A stretch of DNA of 64,000 nucleotides from Candidatus Gottesmanbacteria bacterium RIFCSPLOWO2_01_FULL_42_22 (GTDB taxonomy: Bacteria; Patescibacteriota; Microgenomatia; 2-02-FULL-39-11), in contig MFJU01000006.1 of the NCBI GenBank assembly GCA_001779315.1, forward strand, positions 2,612 to 66,611, in the 5' to 3' direction. The notes below the pieces were generated by a model, which searched no databases, was not told the origin of the DNA, and was given only the letters and a program-made list of their open reading frames with translations. Position 1 is the first letter of the stretch; each line of letters opens with the position of its first letter. This document shows positions 1 to 7,716 of this stretch, one piece after another. The position numbers were made by a program, and so were the translations under genes.

Positions 1-1093
1 TTAAGAATTTGGGGTTAGGCATGACCTCGTCCTGAGTCAATACCCGCATAATTTCCTCACTTTCCCCGTAGTCTTCCATTTTGGCTTTAGGGGAGCCTGT
101 ATGGAGCGAATCAACTCCTAAAAGCCGAAAAATTTTGGCCAGGGTCAGCATGGAAACGGAAAAACCGTTTAAAGCGCCGTGTCCTTCTATCCCCTCTCCC
201 GACTCACGGGTAATAAAAGCATGCATGGCCCGGTGGGCATGGATTACCAATTCCGGATTTTTCAGCCTCATGGTATGCACGGCGGCAAATCCGGTAGCGA
301 TGACGTCAATCATCATACACCGCCCGCCGGTTTCTTTAATAAGATCAGCCCTTTTTAGCATCACGTCCAGATTAGAATGGGAAAGATTGCAAAGATATAA
401 TTTTTTCTTGCCCGTTTTTTGCTCAATTTCAAGCTGGACTTGGTGGACGAGTCGCGCCCTGTCGTCAAATTTATTGAAAAACAGACTGGTCAGATTTTCA
501 TCGTCTTTGACAAAGTCATAACTGCCGTCTCCGGCTGTCCATAATCTGCGGGCTAAAACTGCCTGTTCCTCTGCTGTGCGGCCTACCTTCGGCTTGGGCA
601 CGGTACCTAAAATAGGCAATTTCCGCTGGTTATCATCATGCTCTAAAAGATCCCTGACACCTTCGATACCGTATCTTGGGCCCGGGAAAGCTTTGACCAT
701 TTTCTCCGGAAACCGGACATCAAACATCCTCAAGCCCTTGACCATCTTCATGCCGCCGATATTGCCGGCAGGCCCCGCCAGGAAACCCGACATGTTATCA
801 GCTTCAAAAAGATCGGTTTTATAGGCAACCTTGAACATGAAATTGGCTTCATCAACATCAAAAACAATGGCTTTCATGTCATCCGCCATCTTTATGCCTG
901 ACTGGGGACCTTCATCCACTTTGGTCCAGGTCCCGGTTGAGGATTCGGCGGCTACCGACGCGGCTGCATCGGCAAACTTTTTTTTGTCGACAAAATCCGC
1001 CAGTTCTATTTTGAATTGGATGACGAGGTAGTCCTGATCAGGGTTTTCAGGCTGCCAGCCGGGAGGAGCAATATAATTCAGTTGGACGGCCAT
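1..1093 (-). CDS. rbcL: Ribulose-1,5-bisphosphate carboxylase large subunit, form III-like (3' end runs off the window)
   Basis: Not in ORF track. Manual translation from ATG at 1093 is open to the edge: MAVQLNYIAPPGW...AAESSTGTW...GNIGGMK...GTVPKPKVG...YDFVKDDENLTS...IHAHRAMH...DSLHTGSPKAKME. Contains the KDDE carbamylation motif and other RuBisCO active-site motifs. Confidence 0.93.
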   Translation of the reverse strand, partial: MAVQLNYIAPPGWQPENPDQDYLVIQFKIELADFVDKKKFADAAASVAAESSTGTWTKVDEGPQSGIKMADDMKAIVFDVDEANFMFKVAYKTDLFEADNMSGFLAGPAGNIGGMKMVKGLRMFDVRFPEKMVKAFPGPRYGIEGVRDLLEHDDNQRKLPILGTVPKPKVGRTAEEQAVLARRLWTAGDGSYDFVKDDENLTSLFFNKFDDRARLVHQVQLEIEQKTGKKKLYLCNLSHSNLDVMLKRADLIKETGGRCMMIDVIATGFAAVHTMRLKNPELVIHAHRAMHAFITRESGEGIEGHGALNGFSVSMLTLAKIFRLLGVDSLHTGSPKAKMEDYGESEEIMRVLTQDEVMPNPKFL

Positions 1094-1100
1094 AAAATTA

Positions 1101-1889
1101 TTATACATTATTTCTGGATAGTATAAAGGGCAATCTATGTTTAAAGGAATTTTCCGACAGCCTGGCCAGCACTCTTTCGACTGTCTTTTGCTTAAAACCG
1201 GATTTCAGAATCTCTTTTTTCGTCTTTTTCAAATCAACATAAAGATAAAGGATGCAATCGGCTTCACTATAGCTGAAACCGAGTTCTCCTTCATCTGTCT
1301 GGCCTTCCCAGAGTCCGGCAGTCGGTTTTTGCTCAATAATCGTCTTGGGAATATCTAAATATTCAGCCAACTGCCTCACCTCTGTTTTATATAGATGCTG
1401 CAGAGGCTCGATATCCGAAGCGTCATCACCGAATCGGGTAAAATAGCCTAACAAAAATTCGGTCCGGTTTTCCGTGCCCAAAACCAATGCCCGGTATTTC
1501 TTGGAAAGATCGTAAAGATAAACCATGCGAATGCGCACCATGATGTTGCCTTTTCTTAATTTATCCATACCGCCCTCAGAATTGGCTATTGATTCCACGG
1601 TATTATTAATGTCAATTTTAATAACATTTTCCTCTTTTATGCCTGTCTTTTGCACCACGCTTTCAGCATTTTTGAAACTTTCGGAATATAAATCAGCAAA
1701 AGGCAAAAGCACGGGGTGAATAAAATCCGCTCCGTATGCTTTAACTGCCAAGAAGAGCGAAACGGCTGAATCGACACCGCCCGACACCCCGATTACCAGA
1801 TATTTGAATCCGGTTTTCTCCCTGGTTTTCTGAAGAAAAAGGATTATCTGGCCTTCGATTTTAGCCGGATCAATTGTTAAATTAACCAT
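1101..1889 (-). CDS. nadE: NH3-dependent NAD+ synthetase
   Basis: SGGVDS PP-loop, GNIMVRIRM, GYFTRFGD, PTAGLWEGQTDE motifs. Confidence 0.95.
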   Translation of the reverse strand: MVNLTIDPAKIEGQIILFLQKTREKTGFKYLVIGVSGGVDSAVSLFLAVKAYGADFIHPVLLPFADLYSESFKNAESVVQKTGIKEENVIKIDINNTVESIANSEGGMDKLRKGNIMVRIRMVYLYDLSKKYRALVLGTENRTEFLLGYFTRFGDDASDIEPLQHLYKTEVRQLAEYLDIPKTIIEQKPTAGLWEGQTDEGELGFSYSEADCILYLYVDLKKTKKEILKSGFKQKTVERVLARLSENSFKHRLPFILSRNNV

Positions 1890-1890
1890 A

Positions 1891-2451
1891 CTATCGGTAG
1901 AGGTTATGCTTACGGATATAATTTTCCACTTCCGGAAAGACTAGGCCGCTTACGGTTAATCCTTTATTAATCCTGCTTCTAATGATGGTTGATGAAACAT
2001 TGGACAACATGAGGTTTCCCTCTACCCGTTGAAAACCCTGCGGCAGATTTTTGATCGGATAGTCTTTCCTGGGCATAACCAGAAAGGTAATCATCCGTGA
2101 AAGCTTATGAAAATCCCTCCAGCGGGTAAACTCATAGGTTATATCCGAACCGACAATCCAGAAATAGCGGTTGGAGATATCCTTTATTAAATCTGAAACG
2201 ACCGAAACCGTATAGGTCACTGTTTCTTTTGCCAGGGCAATTGATGAAAGTTTGATTCTGCCTGTCTCCAGATAATGCAGCATTTCCACCCTCTGGTAAG
2301 GTGCCGCCACTATGGGCATGAAAGCGTTCTGGAAATCGGGCATATACCAAACCTGGTCGATGTCTTTGACATTTTCCAGGATTTGCTGGGCAGTCCAAAA
2401 GTGCCAGATGTGGGGCGGGTCGAAACGGCCTCCGAGTACGGCTATATTCAT
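1891..2451 (-). CDS. nadD: Nicotinate-nucleotide adenylyltransferase
   Basis: GGRFDPPHIWH (HxGH variant), WIVGSD, VSSTIIR; adjacent to nadE. Confidence 0.9.
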   Translation of the reverse strand: MNIAVLGGRFDPPHIWHFWTAQQILENVKDIDQVWYMPDFQNAFMPIVAAPYQRVEMLHYLETGRIKLSSIALAKETVTYTVSVVSDLIKDISNRYFWIVGSDITYEFTRWRDFHKLSRMITFLVMPRKDYPIKNLPQGFQRVEGNLMLSNVSSTIIRSRINKGLTVSGLVFPEVENYIRKHNLYR

Positions 2452-2744
2452 ATCTGATTCACCTGCGAGGACTCATGGCTTCCGCTTCGCTCCAGCCTGC
2501 CACCTCCCAGGTGTTTAACTTTTATTCCTGGATTGGATATAAGTTTCAAATCAATCAACAGGCGGTTGAACCAGTCTCCGAGGGTGACTATCAAAGGAAA
2601 TGACAAAGCGGCTTCGCTGGTAAGCCAAGCCTGGAAACTGCCGCAGGAAGCGCAATTACGGGACAGGGAAAAAATAATGAAATCAAGAAAAACGGTCAGG
2701 GGCAATACGAATAAAAATAACATTATTTTTTTAAGTTTGGACAT
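2448..2744 (-). CDS. Small hypothetical membrane protein with CxxC; C-terminus encoded by a palindromic element
   Basis: N-terminal TM segment, CASC motif, 4-bp overlap with nadD start. Confidence 0.6.
   Translation of the reverse strand: MSKLKKIMLFLFVLPLTVFLDFIIFSLSRNCASCGSFQAWLTSEAALSFPLIVTLGDWFNRLLIDLKLISNPGIKVKHLGGGRLERSGSHESSQVNQI
2460..2513. repeat. 54-bp palindromic element inside a CDS
   Basis: Arms CACCTGCGAGG (2460-2470) / CCTCCCAGGTG (2503-2513) with 10/11 complementarity; inner GGCT/AGCC stem around TCCGCTTCGCTCC. Confidence 0.7.
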
Positions 2745-2790
2745 AAAGCAAGTTTAATTATTCATTTTTAATTATACAAGTCTGTACGAA

Positions 2791-2879
2791 ATAGGACTCA
2801 CCCGAAATTTTTCGTGCTCGGATCCCTTCCCCTTCGGGGCGGGGTCCGCCTGCGCGCGAAAAATTTGGGTTCATCCTAT
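2791..2879. repeat. Intergenic GC-rich nested inverted repeat (MITE-like element or structured RNA/terminator)
   Basis: ATAGGA..ACCCGAAATTTTTCGTGC pairs with GCGCGAAAAATTTGGGT..TCCTAT; inner CGGATCCC/GGGGTCCG stem and C(TTCG)G tetraloop. Confidence 0.65.
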
Positions 2880-4094
2880 TAGTGCAAAAGCGCTGAATAT
2901 TACAAACAGGAGCTGTCCCTGCTGAAGGGTAAGAGGATAGTGGTCAAAAAACCCCAAAAGTAAAATCAGTGTAAATGGCAGAATTCTTTCATTTGGCTTT
3001 TTACGGTAAGCGTAAGCCAGATGGAAAAGCAGATATAAAAAGCCTGTCAATCCGAGGATGCCCAATTCTCCGGCCACAAATAAATAGATATTGTGAACCG
3101 GCTGCAGCAAATGTAAACCGTTTTTGACTGCTGTGCTTCCGTATTGGTAAATCAGGGAATTATTTAAACCTGTCCCGAAGGCGGGATGTTTTTGAAAATG
3201 GGACCAGAATGATTCCGCAAGCTCCCTTCTTTCTGTCAGGCTTTTTGAGGCAAAGGGCATAAACGGGATAAGGATGGAAAGCAGTAAAATCAGGAAAAAA
3301 ATAATTGCTGGCTGTTTAAGCGGTTTTATAAAAATAAATAGCAAACCGCTTAAAAAAACCAGCCAGGCCCCCAGGGAAAAAGTTAAGAATAATGCCGGCA
3401 AACCCGCTAAAATGCTTAAAAATAGAAAAGTCCGGAATTTATTAAAAACAGAAGACTTTATCAGTAAATAAATCATCAGGGATAAAATAACAGCCAAAAA
3501 ACCGCCAAGAACATTCGGGTGGGGGAAAGTGGCATAAGGCCGCAATAAAAGCCTGCCGGAAACTGATACGGCAGCAATGCCGAAAGTTGAGGCATAAAAT
3601 GTCCGTTCCCCCAGATACCACATTATCCCCCCGGCCGACCGCTGGATAATAAATTGAGCGATCGCTAAAAAGGAGGAATAAATGACCGGAATGCTAAAAA
3701 AAAGGACTGTTTTATTAAATGAGGGCTTAAGAGTGATGATCGACCAAAAAAGCAGTATAAATTCGCTAATTTTAAAAAGAGAATAAAAAGCCGCCGGTTT
3801 ATTGACGGAGACAAAAAGCGCTGAATGTAATAAATAGAGAAAGGCAAGAAAAATTAGGAAAAGATTTTTCCATCCGAGCCTGGAGAGAAATCTTAAGGGC
3901 TTAGCCAGGATGATAAGGGTCCAAATTAAAAGATCGGTTAAATATAAGGTCGGAGTTAAATAATCGCTCCCGATGCCGGCAATCTGAGTAAAAGAGGCGG
4001 GAAAATGAAAAGCCAACTGGACAGGCAGAAGAATAATTAAAAAATAATAAAAAAGGAGGGCGGGGTAATTTCGGTTCCGTGAGGGAACGGCCAT
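2871..4094 (-). CDS. O-antigen ligase/polymerase-family membrane protein (Wzy_C-like)
   Basis: Many TM helices; RPYATFPHPNVLGG, FGTGLNN, PVHNIYL..GELGILG, FFDHY motifs. Confidence 0.85.
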   Translation of the reverse strand: MAVPSRNRNYPALLFYYFLIILLPVQLAFHFPASFTQIAGIGSDYLTPTLYLTDLLIWTLIILAKPLRFLSRLGWKNLFLIFLAFLYLLHSALFVSVNKPAAFYSLFKISEFILLFWSIITLKPSFNKTVLFFSIPVIYSSFLAIAQFIIQRSAGGIMWYLGERTFYASTFGIAAVSVSGRLLLRPYATFPHPNVLGGFLAVILSLMIYLLIKSSVFNKFRTFLFLSILAGLPALFLTFSLGAWLVFLSGLLFIFIKPLKQPAIIFFLILLLSILIPFMPFASKSLTERRELAESFWSHFQKHPAFGTGLNNSLIYQYGSTAVKNGLHLLQPVHNIYLFVAGELGILGLTGFLYLLFHLAYAYRKKPNERILPFTLILLLGFFDHYPLTLQQGQLLFVIFSAFALIG

Positions 4095-4108
4095 GATAAA
4101 CCTGAATT

Positions 4109-4582
4109 TCAGCGGGGTTTGACAGTTACCCGCCTGTCTCTTCCTTCACCATGAGATTGTGATGTTAATGTTTTATGCTCCGTCAGCATCATATGAACAA
4201 TTCTTCGCTCTAGAGGAGAAAGATACGGCATTTCGACCGGTTGTCCTGTCCTTTCCACCTCCAGGATGATGCGGTTGACCATTTCTTTGATTGATTCTTC
4301 CCTCATCTTGCGGTATTCCCCCACATCCATAATTACCCTGATCCATTTCCCCAGTTTTTTATATAAAATAACACCCAGAAGAAGCTGGAGACTGTTGATG
4401 GTTTCGCCGTGGTAGCCGATCAAAAGACCGGTTTCGGGAGATTCTATGTTTATCTGATAATGGATTTCTTCATCCGTGGTAACCTCCTCGACAGAAACCG
4501 TGCTTTCCACTTTCAGTTTTTTTAAAAGATCATCAACTGTTTCTTTGACTGTTTCAGTCTGGCTAACGCTTTTTTTCTTCAT
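4109..4582 (-). CDS. jag: Jag/EloR (KhpB) KH-R3H RNA-binding protein
   Basis: LLIGYHGETINSLQ (KH), ERRIVH (R3H), SHGEGRDRRV; follows yidC. Confidence 0.9.
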   Translation of the reverse strand: MKKKSVSQTETVKETVDDLLKKLKVESTVSVEEVTTDEEIHYQINIESPETGLLIGYHGETINSLQLLLGVILYKKLGKWIRVIMDVGEYRKMREESIKEMVNRIILEVERTGQPVEMPYLSPLERRIVHMMLTEHKTLTSQSHGEGRDRRVTVKPR

Positions 4583-5400
4583 TTAATTTTTTCCGCTTTT
4601 TGTATTTGGTACTGCTGGATTATACCAAAAACAGTGAAGGTGTTCCAATAAAGAGACAGTCCCAACGGGAAGGAATAGGCAAAGAAACCGATCATTATAG
4701 GCATCATCAGCATCATTTGTTTTTGCATGGTTGAAGCCATATCATCCTTGCCTTGCGAAGCTTTGGCCGAAGAGGAATCGTCATTCTTATTACTGATCTG
4801 AGGGGGATGTGCTGCAGTCGGGGTCATCAATTTTGTCTGCCAATACTGCAATAAACCGGTGATTAGCGGAATCGTCAGTAGCCAAAAACCTTTTGATTGC
4901 CAGTCGGATGGTTTAACAGCTAAATTGGATCCGAAAAAGGCCAGATCGAGAGAGGAAATTTTAAGGAAAGGAAAATAGGCTACTTTATTTATTTCTGAAA
5001 CTACTTTGGCCCGGTCGGCATTCAGAAGCTGGAAGAAAAGATTATAAAGGGCAATCAAGATCGGCATCTGGACAAGCAAAGGCAGGCAGCCGCCGGCCGG
5101 ATTAATGCCGGCTTGCTGGTAGAGCTTCAGCTGTTCCTGCTGAAGGCGCACCTTATCACCTTTGAATTCCCGGTTTATCCTGTCAATTTCCGGTTTTAAT
5201 TTGGACAGTTTCCGGGCGCTCTTAAGTTGGCTGGCGGTCAAAGGATGCAGTATCAATCTGATAATGACGGTTAGGAGAATCAGGGCAAATCCTAACGGAT
5301 AAGGAATATGCAAAAAATTCAGGGAATTATAAACCCCTAAAAGTATGTTTAGGATGGGAATAATTAACAGCGAATGGAAAAAATTATCCGGATTAAACAT
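4579..5400 (-). CDS. yidC: Membrane protein insertase YidC
   Basis: LTVIIRLILHPL, NPAGGCLPLLVQMPILIALY, PLGLSLYW motifs. Confidence 0.95.
   Translation of the reverse strand: MFNPDNFFHSLLIIPILNILLGVYNSLNFLHIPYPLGFALILLTVIIRLILHPLTASQLKSARKLSKLKPEIDRINREFKGDKVRLQQEQLKLYQQAGINPAGGCLPLLVQMPILIALYNLFFQLLNADRAKVVSEINKVAYFPFLKISSLDLAFFGSNLAVKPSDWQSKGFWLLTIPLITGLLQYWQTKLMTPTAAHPPQISNKNDDSSSAKASQGKDDMASTMQKQMMLMMPIMIGFFAYSFPLGLSLYWNTFTVFGIIQQYQIQKAEKIK
4747..4775 (-). repeat. Short AAAGCTTCGCA-core repeat inside yidC
   Basis: Reverse complement CCTCTTCGGCCAAAGCTTCGCAAGGCAAG matches 22/29 nt of the intergenic copy at 62574-62602. Confidence 0.6.
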
Positions 5401-5408
5401 TGTTAATT

Positions 5409-5633
5409 TTATTTTACGGGATCAAAGCCGCCTTTGGAAAAAGGATGGCAGCGGATAATCCGACTTACCCCTAAAAATAATCCTTTGATTGTACCATATC
5501 TCTCAATCGCCTGATAAGTGTAGGTTGAGCACGCCGGTTGGAAACGGCAGCTTCGTTCCATAAAAGGTATATATTTTTTTAATTTCTGATAGCTTCTTAT
5601 AAAGTTAAGGATTGTTTTCTGCAGGTATTTCAT
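5409..5633 (-). CDS. yidD: Membrane protein insertion efficiency factor YidD
   Basis: CRFQPACSTY..RIIRCHPFSKGGFDPV. Confidence 0.95.
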   Translation of the reverse strand: MKYLQKTILNFIRSYQKLKKYIPFMERSCRFQPACSTYTYQAIERYGTIKGLFLGVSRIIRCHPFSKGGFDPVK

Positions 5634-5952
5634 TCTTTAATATTTTAACTAATTCCGCTTCTGCCGCCCGTTGGTTTTCCTCTGTCAGAATTTTTTTCGG
5701 TTTTATCATGATAAAACCGCTAAGTTTAGCTTCAGCGCTAAAATCCAAAATTATCCTTTCAATTTTCCTTTTAGTTAAGTTTCTCCTTGTCGATCTTTTA
5801 TCTAAAATTTTAGGAACGGTGATAAAAAACCGTGCTTCTTCAATTTTTTTCTTTTTAATAAAAACCGTAAACAGGCTTGAAGATGTTTTTCTGTAGAAAT
5901 CCCGGTGATTTCTGAAATCGTTAAAAGTTATGCGGAGTTTCCGGGGCAACAT
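5605..5952 (-). CDS. rnpA: Ribonuclease P protein component
   Basis: MLPRKLRI..., KRSTRRNLTKR (RNR-like motif); canonical position between rpmH and yidD. Confidence 0.85.
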   Translation of the reverse strand: MLPRKLRITFNDFRNHRDFYRKTSSSLFTVFIKKKKIEEARFFITVPKILDKRSTRRNLTKRKIERIILDFSAEAKLSGFIMIKPKKILTEENQRAAEAELVKILKNEIPAENNP

Positions 5953-5956
5953 TTAA

Positions 5957-6094
5957 TTACACAGTCAGTTTTTTCCGTCCTTTAAGAGTCCTCTTCTTTA
6001 GGACGTTACGGCCGCCTTGGGTTTTTTGCCTGGCTCTGTAACCGTGCCGCTTAACTCTCCGGCTTTTTTTTGGTTGGTAAGTTCTTTTTGGCAT
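5957..6094 (-). CDS. rpmH: 50S ribosomal protein L34
   Basis: Not in ORF track; [45 protein letters not shown] (45 aa). Confidence 0.97.
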   Translation of the reverse strand: MPKRTYQPKKSRRVKRHGYRARQKTQGGRNVLKKRTLKGRKKLTV

Positions 6095-6140
6095 TTGGCA
6101 AATGATACCACAATTTATAGAAAATATCACTTCATCCGTG

Positions 6141-6157
6141 TTGACAGTTGTGGATAA
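6141..6157 (+). promoter_or_regulatory. dnaA promoter -35 hexamer with adjacent perfect DnaA box (autoregulation)
   Basis: TTGACA at 6141-6146 and TGTGGATAA (reverse of TTATCCACA) at 6149-6157. Confidence 0.75.
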
Positions 6158-6180
6158 CTTTTCTACGATGTGGAAATCTT

Positions 6181-7521
6181 ATGGACTCTTCAAATCTTTG
6201 GCAAACTGTTCTGGCCGACCTCCAACTCCAAGTCAGTAAAGTTGTCTTTCAAACCCTGATCTCCCAAACCTCTTTGGAAGTCTTAAATGAAACAGAAGCC
6301 GTCATCAATTGCCATAATCCTATGCTGATCAATTTAATTGAAAAACGCTACCAGACCCTGATTAAAGAAACATTAAAACATTACACTCAAAAAGACCTGA
6401 ATCTGACATTCAGAGCTTTACGGAAAAAAAGCAACGGTGATCATATCGACGGTCCTTTATTCCGCGCAAAAACAGCTGTTTACGAAATACCTGTTAATAT
6501 AGAGAGATTAAACAAAGATTATACTTTTGCTAACTTTGCCGTTTCCTCGACCAACCAAATGGCTTATGCTGCCGCTACAGCTGTCTCTAAAACACCCGGT
6601 TTGTCCTATAATCCCCTTTTCCTCTACGGCAGCACCGGGGTGGGGAAAACCCATTTAATGCAGGCGATTGGCCATTCAGTCCAGGAAAATAATCCCAGGT
6701 TGAAAATGATTTTCTCGACCGGGGAGGAATTCACCAATGAAATCATAGAGGCAATTTCCAATAAAACCACCACCTCTTTTAAAAAAAAATACCGCCGGGT
6801 GGATCTTTTGATGATTGATGATGTCCAATTTATAGCCGGTAAATATTCTATCCAGGAAGAATTTTTCCATACTTTCAACGCTGTCTATCAGGCTAAAAAA
6901 CAAATAGTCATTACCAGCGACCGGCCGCCTGAGGAGATTGACAAGCTGGAAGCGAGACTCAGATCCCGTTTTGAAGGGGGCTTAACTATCGATATCGGCG
7001 CGCCTGATTTTGAACTGAGAACCGCCATCCTCCTTATTAAAGCTAAACAGCGCAGGGTTGACTTGCCGATTGAAGCAGCCAAACTCTTGTCTGCTAATAT
7101 TGAAAACCCCAGGAAATTAGAAGGTATCCTTATAAGAGTTATCAGTGAATCCCAAATTAAGGATATTCCGCTTGATAGTGAACTGGTCAAGTCTGTCCTG
7201 GGAAAAACTCTTAAAATACCGCCAAAAGAAAAAATCTTTGAGCCTGAGGAAGTTGTCAGGGCTGTCTCTTCCTTTTATAATTTAAAAGTCTCCGAGTTAA
7301 AAGGGGGTAAGAGAGACAAAATCTTCAGTCTCCCTAGGCAAATTCTTTACTATATATTAAGAACAGAAGTCGGCACGGGTTTAGCTGAAATCGGAGAACT
7401 CCTCGGGGGGAGGGATCACACGACTGTTCTTTATGGGGTAAGAAAAATCAGTGATCTTATCGGCAGTGATGAAAAAATCCGTGTTGATATCGTGGGGATA
7501 AAAAACCAGCTTTCTGGATAA
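6181..7521 (+). CDS. dnaA: Chromosomal replication initiator DnaA
   Basis: YNPLFLYGSTGVGKTHL, LLMIDDVQF, RLRSRFEGG, GGRDHTTV; ATG at 6181 preferred over TTG at 6148, which lies in the DnaA box. Confidence 0.97.
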   Translation: MDSSNLWQTVLADLQLQVSKVVFQTLISQTSLEVLNETEAVINCHNPMLINLIEKRYQTLIKETLKHYTQKDLNLTFRALRKKSNGDHIDGPLFRAKTAVYEIPVNIERLNKDYTFANFAVSSTNQMAYAAATAVSKTPGLSYNPLFLYGSTGVGKTHLMQAIGHSVQENNPRLKMIFSTGEEFTNEIIEAISNKTTTSFKKKYRRVDLLMIDDVQFIAGKYSIQEEFFHTFNAVYQAKKQIVITSDRPPEEIDKLEARLRSRFEGGLTIDIGAPDFELRTAILLIKAKQRRVDLPIEAAKLLSANIENPRKLEGILIRVISESQIKDIPLDSELVKSVLGKTLKIPPKEKIFEPEEVVRAVSSFYNLKVSELKGGKRDKIFSLPRQILYYILRTEVGTGLAEIGELLGGRDHTTVLYGVRKISDLIGSDEKIRVDIVGIKNQLSG

Positions 7522-7716
7522 AGATTTAGTTAACAACTTATCCACTAAAAAACAAAATTTATCAACATAAGAATACACATTAATAAAAGGCTGTTATACA
7601 CAGGAAAAATTAACTATTTGGAGCTTGTTGACTGTTAGGGCTAAATTAACTACACTTATCAACACTTTCTAATACTACTAATACTATAAAAGATATAAGG
7701 ACTTAATAAAAAGAGC
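7522..7716. other. Probable replication origin oriC (dnaA-dnaN intergenic)
   Basis: DnaA-box-like 9-mers TTATCCACT (7538), TTATCAACA (7559), TTATACACA (7594), TTATCAACA (7656), then DnaA-trio-like CTAATACTACTAATACTA (~7669-7686) and an AT-rich tract. Confidence 0.85.

Noticed and set aside
81-1031. Plus-strand ORFs 81-521, 576-824, 831-1031
   Set aside because: Antisense shadows of the minus-strand RuBisCO gene.
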